Below, piece after piece: positions 11,211 through 21,815 of a stretch of DNA of 64,000 bases. A program made the position numbers and the translations under genes. Numbering within the stretch: the stretch's first letter is position 1; every line of letters begins with the position of its first letter. Where the stretch lies: the NCBI GenBank assembly GCA_043228905.1, contig JBHGNT010000004.1, positions 23,250,001-23,314,000 of the forward strand. The letters run 5' to 3'. This DNA is from Azolla caroliniana. Its lineage: Eukaryota; Plantae; Polypodiophyta. The notes below the pieces were generated by a model. The model made no database searches. It was given only the letters and a program-made list of their open reading frames with translations, and was not told the origin of the DNA.

Positions 11211-12335
11211 ATGGAGTCCGTGAGCAAACAAGAATACATGCGTGTTCTTTCTGAGCTCGACATGCTCACGAATAAATTTGTGGCATTAGAGCATGAGAAT
11301 CAAAGGCTACTTGGAGATCTACAACACGTGAGCGCCGAAAAAGCTCAACAATATGAAGAGTTATCACAGCGGGTTCATCAACTTGAGGCGACTATATTGT
11401 CATTACGAGAGCAAGCGTCGGGGGCTCAGAACTCCCCTAGAGAGCCAAAGATCAGCCTCCCTGCCAAGTTTGATGGTACGAGGTCTTTATTTCGAGGCTT
11501 TTTGAATCAAGTTCGTTTAGTTATTCAGCTACATCCCAATCGGTATCCAACTGATGCTGCTCGTGTGGGATTAGTGGGAACTTTGCTATGCGGTACGGCG
11601 TTAGCATGGTTCGCACCACTTCTCGAGAAGAAATCACCATTGCTGGAGGATTTCGAGGCCTTTGTTAAAGAGTTTCAAGCTAGTTTCGGAGACACCGACA
11701 GCACTAGGACAACGATAAACAAGATTCGAAGGCTCCGACAAGGAGATCGTCCCGCGTCGTCTTATGCAGCCGATTTCCGTCTCTTGGCATGCGATATCCC
11801 TTGGGATGAGGCAGCTTTAATGGATCAATTCCGTCAAGGTTTGAGAAATGATGTCAAAGATCTTCTTCTTACTTTCCCTGAAGATCCGAAGTCACTTACA
11901 GAAGCCATTAGTCGAGCTGTGCGATGTGATAATCGCCTATTTGAGCGACGTTCTGAGCGCCAACAAATGTTACGCCGCCAACCTGAACAGACTTACGCTT
12001 CCGTAGTCGCAACGCCTCCACAAGTTTCTAGACCCATTACAAGGGATGGCCCAACTCCGATGGAAATAGAGTCAACACAACGTCGTGGGCCGTTATCAGA
12101 TGCTGAGAAGCAACGACGTCGAGCGCATCGCCTCTGCCTGTATTGTGGTGGTCCAGGACATATAGTTGTAAATTGTCCACATAAACCAAGGCGTCAAGTA
12201 TACCAAGTAAGTGCCCATGAAAACCCTACATCGAGTTCTATTGTTACTTCTAATAACATAAATAAGCCTCATAGTCCATGTCATGAGAATAGATTCGATG
12301 TCTTGAGTCAATTAGAGGATGTGTTAAACGAGTAA
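11211..12335 (+). CDS. Chromovirus Gag (PEG10/Ty3-like capsid, CCHC knuckle)
   Basis: 374-aa ORF: [19 protein letters not shown]...[29 protein letters not shown]. Confidence 0.92.
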   Translation: MESVSKQEYMRVLSELDMLTNKFVALEHENQRLLGDLQHVSAEKAQQYEELSQRVHQLEATILSLREQASGAQNSPREPKISLPAKFDGTRSLFRGFLNQVRLVIQLHPNRYPTDAARVGLVGTLLCGTALAWFAPLLEKKSPLLEDFEAFVKEFQASFGDTDSTRTTINKIRRLRQGDRPASSYAADFRLLACDIPWDEAALMDQFRQGLRNDVKDLLLTFPEDPKSLTEAISRAVRCDNRLFERRSERQQMLRRQPEQTYASVVATPPQVSRPITRDGPTPMEIESTQRRGPLSDAEKQRRRAHRLCLYCGGPGHIVVNCPHKPRRQVYQVSAHENPTSSSIVTSNNINKPHSPCHENRFDVLSQLEDVLNE

Positions 12336-15300
12336 GTCCGGCCAAAATAGGAGCCATTTGGCTGGACCATCCTAGCTATGTAGAGTTAGTTCCTAGTCGT
12401 GGTTCCATTTCATCAAATCAAGTGAGTCGAGTTGTTTCAGCACAAGTCGAGCTTACCACATCTACATGTCATCGAGTCCTAGCCTCTGCCCTTCTAGATT
12501 CTGGAGCCAACTCTTGTTTCATGGATCGTGAATTTGCCTTGTCACAAAACATCCTCTTGAATAAGCTTCCCAACCCAGTAGCCGTAGGAGTCATCGATGG
12601 ACGTCCCATAGCATCAGGAGATATAGTCGAGGAGTCCGAGCCAATTAGGATAATTCTTGGCAATTTGGCAAGCCTAATCTCTTTCAATATTATTCGTAGT
12701 CCGGACCACCCAATAGTTCTAGGTCTCCCCTGGTTTGAACTCCATAACCCGAAGATTGATTGGATGGAAAGAACAATTGAGGAGACTCGGGAAAAAAGCA
12801 CAAATCCCGCATCCCTCTCTCCTACATGTGCTAATAGATCCCCGGAGTTATCGCCCATCTCTTTACGACAGTTGCGGGAGGAAGGGGGGAACGAGGCCAT
12901 GTTCGTCTTCGCAATAGTAGCAACTCCATCATCCACTTCACGTGACGCGGATATTAAACTACCAAAGAAATACAAGGAGTTTTCAGATGTCTTTGATAAG
13001 GTGAAGGCCAATACATTGCCGGAGCATCGGCCATATGACTGCCCTATTGACTTACAACCAGGGAAAGAACCTCCATGGGGCCCAATTTATAATCTTTCCC
13101 CTGTAGAGCTAGAGACTTTGCGGGAATATATTGATGAGAATCTGGCAAACGGATTCATTCGGCATTCTAGATCCCCTGCTGGTGCACCTATCTTCTTCGT
13201 TAAGAAGAAGAATGGGACTCTTCGGTTGGTCGTGGATTATCGAGGGCTAAACAAAGTGACTATCCGAAATAGATATGCTCTACCATTAATCCCAAATCTT
13301 TTGGAACGTCTCAGTGGTGCAAAATATTTCACGAAGTTGGACCTTCGCGGAGCATATAATCTAGTTCGGATTCGCCCGGGGGATGAATGGAAGACAGCTT
13401 TCCGCACTCGCTATGGACATTTTGAGTATACAGTGATGCCATTTGGTCTCACGAATGCACCTGCTGTTTTCCAACATATGGCGAACGATATTTTTCGAGA
13501 TTTTCTTGATATCTTCACTATAGTTTACCTAGATGATATTTTAATCTACTCAAAGACCCAAGAGGAGCATGATGCACATGTTCGTCAAGTACTGTGCCGA
13601 CTCCGAGAATATGGTCTCTACGCAAAATTAGAAAAGTGTAGTTTCGGCCAGAATCAAGTGGAATTTTTGGGGTATGTTGTATCTTCAAATGGTCTTGCTA
13701 TGGACCCCATGAAGGTACAGGCAATTTTAGAGTGGCAAACGCCCCTTTCAGTGCGTGATGTGCAATGTTTTCTCGGGTTTGCAAATTTTTATCGAAAATT
13801 TATTAAAAATTATTCCAAGGTTGTGCTTCCGCTTACTCAGCTCACACATAAAGATCAACCATTTATATGGAGTTCAAATGCATCCGAGGCATTCGAAAGC
13901 TTAAAACGAGCATTTACAACGGCACCTATCTTAGCACATGTCGACCCAACAAAATGCTTCATCCTCGAAGCCGATGCATCCGATTTTGCACTAGGGAGTG
14001 TCCTCTCGCAGACTGGAGATGATGGACAACTACACCCTGTCGCCTTTCATTCACGAAAGTTTGAAGCTGCAGAGATCAACTACGAGATCCATGACAAAGA
14101 GCTTCTTGCAATCGTGGATTCGTAATTCTCAGCAGATCATTGTCTACAATGATCATAAGAACCTGACTTATTTCCAAAATGCTCGAGTCTTGAGTCGGCG
14201 ACAAGCCCGGTGGGCGCAATTTTTGACTCACTTTGACTTTATCATCATATATCGCCCTGGGATGCAGCAAGGCAAAGCTGATGCTCTTTCTCGGCGCTCT
14301 TATATGGAACTTCGTCCAGGGGAACCTGCTTTTGAGCATCAAAAACAAATCCTTTTGGGTCCTAATCGATTACGATTAATGGTAGTTAACGCCATAACAG
14401 CTCTTGAAAATTCCACTCTTCTTGATTCCATTCGAGATCATATGGCCACTGATGATTTCGTCAAGGATGTTTTGGATCATATCGTCCCGGATCGTGCTTC
14501 TTGCTCACAGTCGAAAAATCCTCGTAATGACTATTGTCAGTTCTATTGGCATGATGGTTTTCTATTTCGACAAAATTTATTGTATGTTCCTGATGGTCCC
14601 CCACGGCTACAAGTTTTGCAACATTGCCATGACTCACCAATGGCTGGTCATTTTGGAGTTCACAAGACTCTAGAATTAATTTCTCGACGCTATTGGTGGC
14701 CTCGCCTTCGTCATTTTGTTGAGGAGTATGTTCGGAGTTGTGATATATGTTGTCGATCAAAGAATCCTCGTCACCGACCCTATGGCTTACTACAACCACT
14801 TCCCATTCAGGAAACACCTTGGAAGTCTATATCCTTGGACTTCATTACTGATCTCCCAGTTTCAAAAGGTTTTGATGCAATTCTCACAGTGGTTGATCGA
14901 TTTACCAAAATGGCACATTTCTTGCCATGTACAAAGTCGATTACTAGTCAAGAGACGGCTGATCTCGTTATGCGGGAGGTATTTAAGCATCATGGTCTGC
15001 CAGATGATATTATTAGTGATCGTGGTCCACAATTCATCTCAAAGTTTTGGAAGCACCTATTCAAACTTCTCCACATTTCAGTTAAGCTTTCTTCGGGCTA
15101 TCATCCTGAAACAAATGGCCAAATAGAGCGTACCAACCAGACATTGGAACAATATCTTCGTTGTTTCATCAACTATCAACAAGATGATTGGGTTGCATTT
15201 TTGCACTTGGCGGAATTCGCTTACAACAACTCAGCCCATTCTTCTACAGGATATTCCCCATTTTTCGCAAATACGGGCTATCATCCTCGATGGACGATGA

Positions 15301-15564
15301 ATGCGCATCCAGAAGTTCCTACCAACCCTGCTGCCGAGGATCGTCTTAGTCGCCTCCAAGAAATTCAAGCTAACATTCTCCACAATTTGCACGATGCTCA
15401 ATTTACACACAAGAGGCTTGCCAATCGTCATCGTTTAGACTCCTCAAAAAAGTTCCGCATTGGGGATCATGTATGGCTTCTCCAACACAACATCAAGACC
15501 ACTCGACCTTGCAATAAATTGGATTACCAACGTTTTGGCCCTTACATGATCACTGGTAAGATAA
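12323..15564 (+). pseudogene. Chromovirus Pol (PR-RT-RH-INT) in the -1 frame relative to gag; frameshifting deletion in RNase H near 14120; cut by the copia insertion
   Basis: [27 protein letters not shown], integrase HDSPMAGH...CDIC, SLDFI, SDRGPQF, IERTN. Confidence 0.92.
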
Positions 15565-15828
15565 TGTTGAAAAACAGTGCTCGGCCACAACCGAGGAATA
15601 GGATCAACTCTCAGAAAACGGGAAATACAAAGTGCACGGGGACAATAGAGAGAAAGGTACACTGGATATTTTACGTGGAAAACCCTAAATGGGAAAAACC
15701 ACGGGAGTCCTCAAACTCCAACTATCACTATGAACAGGGATGTACACTGGTGAAGCTACAAGGCAACAACCTTGAGCTCACTGTCTTCGCCACAGGCGGC
15801 GGTAATACACAGAGGCAACGACCTCTTC

Positions 15829-15897
<69 letters not shown>

Positions 15898-16219
15898 CTG
15901 CTCTCACTTCGCTCCCTCTTAGTGGAAAACAGAAAATGAGCAACAACATTTAAACTGTTTGCCCTAAGTCATATTTATACACATATGACTTTCGGGCTAT
16001 TTACAAATATAGCCTCAAGGGCTCTTGGCAAAACATATTCACAAATATGTCCCCGCATCCGGATCTCTCTCCGGGTACATTCGTCATCCGGCTCCGTAAC
16101 CGGGGTCTTCAGCATCCGGCTCCGTAGCCGGGGTATTCATCATCCGGCTCCGTAGCCGCAACCGGGCTTGCCGTCATTCATCTCCGGACATCCCATCCGG
16201 AGGGACCGAAATCCCAACA
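15565..16219 (-). repeat. Copia 3' LTR (655 bp) containing a (CT)n microsatellite
   Basis: Direct repeat of 20335-20967. Confidence 0.96.
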
Positions 16220-16229
16220 AACTCCCCCT

Positions 16230-19200
16230 TCACTTCGGCATGGGATGTCTCTCCAATCCGATCCTCTTCCGGCATGCTTCCAGCTTGTCGGGTGTGAGCA
16301 CTTTGGTCAGCATATCTGAGCCGTTCTCGTCCGTGTGGATCTTCGTCAGCACGAACTCCTGGTCTTCTATCCTTTCCCGGATCCAGTGGTATCTACGCTG
16401 GATGTGCTTCGTCCGGGAGTGATAGGCCGCATTCTTCGCAAGGTGGATGGCACTCTGACTGTCGCAGTAGAGTCGGTACTCCTCCTGCCGGATACCGAGC
16501 TCTCTAATGAAGTCCTTCATCCATATTATTTCCTTGCCAGCTTCAACAGCCGCCATGTACTCCGCCTCCGTGGTTGACAGCGCAACCGTCTTCTGCAGCC
16601 TCGACTGCCACGAAACAGCTCCACCTGCATACGTCATCACATACCCTGATGTGGACCGGCTGGTATTTGCATCAGCCGACATATCCGAATCGGTAAAGCC
16701 GTCGAATTCGGGCTTACCGGAGCCGAATCGGAGGCACACGTTTGCCGTGCCCTTCAGGTATCGGAGTATCCACTTGACCGCGTTCCAGTGCTCTTTGCCG
16801 GGATTGCTCATGTACCGGCTCACCACTCCAACTGCATATCCTATGTCCGGTCTTGTACACACCATTGCGTACATCAAGCTTCCGACGGCAGAGGCATATG
16901 GTACTTTCATCATGTCCTCCTTCTCAGCCTTTGTCTTGGGGCTTTGCTTGCTGGACAACTTGCAGTTTGCCGGGAGGGTTGTCCCGACCGGTCTTGCTTC
17001 CGACATGTTGAACCGGTGAAGCACCTTTGTCACGTACTTCTCCTGTGACAGCCACAACTGCTTCTTCTTCCGGTCCCGGATGATGTGCATCCCTAGTATT
17101 TGCCTCGCCGGACCCAGGTCCTTCATTGAGAAGGTTCGGTGAAGTGCTTTCTTCAGCATCCGTATCTTGCCCTGGTCCCGTCCGACGATCAACATGTCGT
17201 CCACGTACAGGAGGAGTATTAGAGAGTCTCCTCCTTCGAACTTCTTCACAAACACGCAGTGATCGGACTGCGTTTTGTGGTACCCTTCATCGGTCATGAA
17301 GGAGTCGAACTTCCGGTACCATTGCCGGGGAGCCTGCTTCAGTCCGTAAAGGCTCTTCTTCAACCGGCATACCAGGTGCTCCTTCCCTTTCTTCTCGAAT
17401 CCTTCCGGTTGCTGCATGTAGATCTCTTCTTCGAGGTCACCGTGAAGGAATGCCATCTTCACGTCCATCTGTTCTACCTCGAGGTCCATGCTTGCCGCTA
17501 TGCTCAGCACCGTCCGGATGGAGGTCATCTTCACTACTGGGGCAAATATCTCGTCGAAGTCGACGCCCTTCTTCTGCTGGAACCCCTTCACCACGATCCT
17601 GGCTTTGTATCTCGGGGGGTTTCCGGCATCTCCCGGTTTCAGCTTGAACACCCACTTGTTTCGAAGTGCCCGCTTTCCTTTCGGCAACTCCACAAGTTCA
17701 TATGTGTGGTTCTCATGCAGGGAATCCATCTCCTCCTGCATGGCACTTAACCACCTGCGGCTATGGGTGTCAAGTTTTCCTTCTTCAAAACTCTCCGGCT
17801 CCCCCTCGTCGGTTAGCAACACGTGCTCTGGTTCCGGAAATCTCCGGGGGGGCCTTCTCTCTCTTAGAGGGTATCTCCGTTCCGGAGCTTCGGTAACCGG
17901 CTGCTCCGTTTCCTCTTCATCCGAATCCATTTCGGGATCAGGGCCGGTTCCGGTATCAGTTTCATCTTCCTTGGCCGGTTCTGTTTCTTCACCGTCTTCG
18001 GCCGGATCCTCGAGTGCTAACCGGTCCCTTGCCGGTCGGGACTGCTCCTCGTAGAGTTTATCCTCACCGGTCGACTTGGAGCTCTTCATCTTCTTCTCCG
18101 ACTCCCAGTCGGCGAGTGTCTTGTCCTCCATGAAGATGATATCTCGACTCCTGAATATCTTCTTGTCGACCGGGTCCCATACTCGGTAGCCGAACTCGTC
18201 GTCGCCGTAACCGAGGAATATGCATGGCCGGGTCTTTGGATCTAACTTTCCTCTCCGGTCCTTTGCCACATGCACGTATGCGAGACACCCGAACACCTTC
18301 AGATGCCGGTAGGACACTTCCTTACCGGTCCACACTTTCTGCGGCGTGTCTCCGTCCAAAGGTACTGAGGGTGATCTATTTATCACATACGTCGCCGTCG
18401 ACATTGCCTCAGCCCAAAATCCCTTGGGTAATTTCGCATGCGCCAGCATACTCCGGACCCTCTCCATTATGGTCTGGTTCATCCTCTCGGCCAGCCCGTT
18501 CAGTTCCGGCGTCTTCGGCACAGTAAACTCGAGCCGGATTCCCTTCGAGCGACAGTACTCCTGGAACTGCCCCCGGTATTCCCCTCCGTTATCCGCTCGT
18601 ATCGCTTTCAGCTTCTTGCCGGATTCCCTTTCCACTCTCGCGTGGAGTTCTTTGAAGACGGACAACACTTGGTCCTTTGTCTTCAACGGCGCCGTCCACA
18701 GCTTCCGGCTGTGATCATCAATGAAAGTCACGAAGTACTGGGCTCCGCCATGTGACTTCGTTTCTACTTGACACACGTCAGTGTGCACCAGCTCCAATGG
18801 TGCGCTACGTCTCGTCGGTGGCCTTGAGTGGAAGGAGGTCCGGTTTTGCTTACCGGCCAGGCAGTCGGTGCACTTCTCCAGGTGCACATGCTTCACTGGA
18901 ATAAGGTTGTCTTCTGCAAGCCTCTTCATCCCCTTCTCACTCATGTGGCACAGTCTCTTGTGCCACAGCTCACCGGCAGTGTCGGCTGCCACGTTTAGCT
19001 CCTCCGGACATAGCCGGGAATTCATCAGGTACAGTGTGTTGACCTTCCGGGCCCGAGCCACTATCAGGCTCCCCTTGCTGAACTTCATGACACCGTTCCG
19101 GATGCTACCCGTGTAGCCTTCATCATCTAGCCTCCCGGCCGAGATCAGGTTCAATCGGACCTCCGGAACGTGTCGCACATCCTTCAGCAGCATCTTGCAT

Positions 19201-20303
19201 CCGGTTGATGTCATCAGCCACACGTCTCCTATGCCGGCAATCCGGCATGTGCCTTCATTTCCCATCCAGACACAGCCGTGCTCACCGGTTGTGTAGGATG
19301 AGAAGTATTTCTTCTCCGGGGTCAGGTGGAACGACCCTCCGGAATCAACCACCCAGGTCATCTCTACACCGGCAAGGTTCAGCTCCCTCTCTTCGGTAAT
19401 GAGCATGATTTCTTCCTCACTTGCCGCGAGTGCCGTCGTTCCTTTCCGGTCCTGCCCTCGCCAATCCGGACCTCTCCGGTCCGTGGCTCCCCGGTATGCA
19501 CCGTTTCTCTCCGGTGACTTCTTCGAATCGGTGTCGTCGGCTCCGTTGTCCTTTCGGTAATGCCGACAATTCTTCCGGAAGTGCCCCGGCTTCCCACAGT
19601 GGAAGCATGTGGGCCTTCCTCTTGACTGCGACCGGGTCCCCGACTTCTCCCGTCTTTGCGGACTCCGGTTCCATTGTCTTCCCCGATCCGATTCGGTAAG
19701 CAGCATCTTCGGATCGGAAACCGGTTCTTTATCTCTCCGACGCGCTTCTTCGTTCAAAATGCTTGTCTTTACCGTTTGTAGAGACAAGTTATCTTCGGTG
19801 CAGGAGGTGCTGAGAGTCACCACCAAGTTCTCCCAGCTTTCCGGCAATGTACACATCAGAATGATGGCTTGCATTGCATCCTCCAACGGGAACTTGATCG
19901 CCGCAAGCTGGTTCACGAATCCCATGAACGTGCTTACGTGTTCCACCATACTCTCGCCGTCCCGGTACTTGAGGTTCACTATCTTCCTCATCAGGGAGGT
20001 CCGGTTCAACGCATTCTTCCTCTCGTAGAGGCCCGACAGCTTCCTCCACATCTCATATGCGTTGGTGTCGTTCGCCACGTGTTGTAGAACGCTCACGTCG
20101 ACGTATTGCCGAATGGTTGCAACGGCTTTCCGGTTCAGAAGCCTCCACTCCGTCTCAAGTACCCCCTTGGGTATTTCCGACCTGTCGATCGGTTCATACA
20201 GGTCCCGAACAATGAGCAGATCCTCCATCTTTATCTTCCAGTCGGCGTAGTTCTGCGCATTCAGCACCATCATCCCCGGCTGCCCGCTGCTGCCGCCTTC
20301 CAT
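16230..20303 (-). CDS. Copia gag-pol polyprotein (~1357 aa, start MEGGSSG)
   Basis: Uninterrupted ORF: CFHCGKPGHFRKNC, VVDSGGS protease, WHKRLCH/CTDC, integrase HTDVC...DNGGEY...AERMN, RT YVDDML, RNase H FTDSD/EAEY/CDSQ. Confidence 0.95.
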   Translation of the reverse strand: MEGGSSGQPGMMVLNAQNYADWKIKMEDLLIVRDLYEPIDRSEIPKGVLETEWRLLNRKAVATIRQYVDVSVLQHVANDTNAYEMWRKLSGLYERKNALNRTSLMRKIVNLKYRDGESMVEHVSTFMGFVNQLAAIKFPLEDAMQAIILMCTLPESWENLVVTLSTSCTEDNLSLQTVKTSILNEEARRRDKEPVSDPKMLLTESDRGRQWNRSPQRREKSGTRSQSRGRPTCFHCGKPGHFRKNCRHYRKDNGADDTDSKKSPERNGAYRGATDRRGPDWRGQDRKGTTALAASEEEIMLITEERELNLAGVEMTWVVDSGGSFHLTPEKKYFSSYTTGEHGCVWMGNEGTCRIAGIGDVWLMTSTGCKMLLKDVRHVPEVRLNLISAGRLDDEGYTGSIRNGVMKFSKGSLIVARARKVNTLYLMNSRLCPEELNVAADTAGELWHKRLCHMSEKGMKRLAEDNLIPVKHVHLEKCTDCLAGKQNRTSFHSRPPTRRSAPLELVHTDVCQVETKSHGGAQYFVTFIDDHSRKLWTAPLKTKDQVLSVFKELHARVERESGKKLKAIRADNGGEYRGQFQEYCRSKGIRLEFTVPKTPELNGLAERMNQTIMERVRSMLAHAKLPKGFWAEAMSTATYVINRSPSVPLDGDTPQKVWTGKEVSYRHLKVFGCLAYVHVAKDRRGKLDPKTRPCIFLGYGDDEFGYRVWDPVDKKIFRSRDIIFMEDKTLADWESEKKMKSSKSTGEDKLYEEQSRPARDRLALEDPAEDGEETEPAKEDETDTGTGPDPEMDSDEEETEQPVTEAPERRYPLRERRPPRRFPEPEHVLLTDEGEPESFEEGKLDTHSRRWLSAMQEEMDSLHENHTYELVELPKGKRALRNKWVFKLKPGDAGNPPRYKARIVVKGFQQKKGVDFDEIFAPVVKMTSIRTVLSIAASMDLEVEQMDVKMAFLHGDLEEEIYMQQPEGFEKKGKEHLVCRLKKSLYGLKQAPRQWYRKFDSFMTDEGYHKTQSDHCVFVKKFEGGDSLILLLYVDDMLIVGRDQGKIRMLKKALHRTFSMKDLGPARQILGMHIIRDRKKKQLWLSQEKYVTKVLHRFNMSEARPVGTTLPANCKLSSKQSPKTKAEKEDMMKVPYASAVGSLMYAMVCTRPDIGYAVGVVSRYMSNPGKEHWNAVKWILRYLKGTANVCLRFGSGKPEFDGFTDSDMSADANTSRSTSGYVMTYAGGAVSWQSRLQKTVALSTTEAEYMAAVEAGKEIIWMKDFIRELGIRQEEYRLYCDSQSAIHLAKNAAYHSRTKHIQRRYHWIRERIEDQEFVLTKIHTDENGSDMLTKVLTPDKLEACRKRIGLERHPMPK

Positions 20304-20334
20304 TTTCTGTGTTACCGTCGCTCTGATACCACTT

Positions 20335-20598
20335 TGTTGAAAAACAGTGCTCGGCCACAACCGAGGAATAGGATCAACTCTCAGAAAACGGGAAATACAA
20401 AGTGCACGGGGACAATAGAGAGAAAGGTACACTGGATATTTTACGTGGAAAACCCTAAATGGGAAAAACCACGGGAGTCCTCAAACTCCAACTATCACTA
20501 TGAACAGGGATGTACACTGGTGAAGCTACAAGGCAACAACCTTGAGCTCACTGTCTTCGCCACAGGCGGCGGTAATACACAGAGGCAACGACCTCTTC

Positions 20599-20645
<47 letters not shown>

Positions 20646-20967
20646 CTGCTCTCACTTCACTCCCTCTTAGTGGAAAACAGAAAATGAGCAACAACATTTA
20701 AACTGTTTGCCCTAAGTCATATTTATACACATATGACTTTCGGGCTATTTACAAATATAGCCTCAAGGGCTCTTGGCAAAACATATTCACAAATATGTCC
20801 CCGCATCCGGATCTCTCTCCGGGTACATTCGTCATCCGGCTCCGTAACCGGGGTCTTCAGCATCCGGCTCCGTAGCCGGGGTATTCATCATCCGGCTCCG
20901 TAGCCGCAACCGGGCTTGCCGTCATTCATCTCCGGACATCCCATCCGGAGGGACCGAAATCCCAACA
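20335..20967 (-). repeat. Copia 5' LTR (633 bp)
   Basis: Adjacent to the Met PBS; shorter (CT)n tract. Confidence 0.96.
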
Positions 20968-21352
20968 GATAAGTGATGTTGCATTTCGTCTTGACCTCCC
21001 TCCGCACATGCATCTTCATCCGGTGTTTCATGTATCCCTTTTGGAACCTTATACTACAAGTTCAATTCCGGGCCGTCTTACGACACCCCCACCACCTGTC
21101 GAGTTCTTGGACGGGCTTGAATTTGAAGTTGCTGCCGTTCTCGATTCTAAAATCGTGCGCAACAAGTTGTATTACTTGGTCGATTGGCTAGGCTATACCC
21201 CCAATGATCGAACTTGGGAACCTGCCACAAATCTTTCCAATGCTGCCGAACTCGTCAATGCATTTCATCGCCAATATCCTTGTAAACCAGGTCCTAATAC
21301 AAACCCTACGACCCGTGAGACGTGTCGTCGAAAAAGGGGGATAGTGTCATGA
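20968..21352 (+). pseudogene. Chromovirus Pol C-terminus: GPY/F remainder and chromodomain
   Basis: Continues TGKI-SDVAFRLDLPPHMHLHPVFHVSLLEP after TSD removal; chromodomain EFEVAAVLDSK...YYLVDWLGY...TWEP. Confidence 0.9.
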
Positions 21353-21815
21353 TAACAGTCACATCATGCATCGAAAGGATCATGACACTCACGTTATGAC
21401 TCGAAAGGATTTGAACCCACGACCTTGTTGTACACATGTCAAATCCTTAACCATTGTATTAATATTCTTATATGTATAGTCTCTAGAATATGAAATCTAA
21501 TATCATAGGAATATTCTATATTACTCTACATTCTAGAATGACCTAGAATATTCTAGAGTGTTCTATACCACTAGAACCTTCTAGAATACTCTAGAGATCT
21601 TCTAGATTACTCTACATTCTAGGATAACCTAGAATATTCTAGAGAGTTCTCTATTACTTATAAATAGGGATCTACCACCCATCCCAAACCTAAATTGGTT
21701 CAACGCCATTTTGTAGCCTACTCTTTGTAATCCATTTTACGCTTCAATATAATAATTCTCTTTCAATTATCTCTCTATCTCTTTTTCTCTCTCTTTCTCT
21801 CTCTCAGTCTTGACA
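21345..21815 (+). repeat. 3' LTR of chromovirus
   Basis: Preceded by PPT, followed by TSD CTAGC. Confidence 0.96.

Larger units (their letters stand above)
15565..20967 (-). mobile_element. Ty1/copia LTR retrotransposon (Tnt1/Tork-like), full length, apparently intact
   Basis: LTRs at 15565-16219 and 20335-20967 (TGTTG...CAACA) differ by one visible SNP and (CT)n length. TSD GATAA (15560-15564, 20968-20972). tRNA-iMet PBS TGGTATCAGAGC at 20320-20331 (minus). PPT at ~16220-16236. Confidence 0.97.
10651..21815 (+). mobile_element. Ty3/gypsy chromovirus (Tcn1/Tf1-sushi-like) LTR retrotransposon, young, interrupted by a copia element
   Basis: 471-bp LTRs TGTCATG...TTGACA at 10651-11121 and 21345-21815 with no difference seen by eye. 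TSD CTAGC (10646-10650, 21816-21820). PPT AAAAAGGGGGATAG at 21331-21344. C-terminal chromodomain. Confidence 0.96.

Noticed and set aside
15565-15953. C-terminal part of ORF 13998-15953 with an (SL)n tract
   Set aside because: Read-through into the copia LTR and its CT microsatellite, not integrase.
20304-20432. N-terminal extension of the 1400-aa copia ORF
   Set aside because: It runs through the LTR and PBS; the real start is the ATG at 20303.
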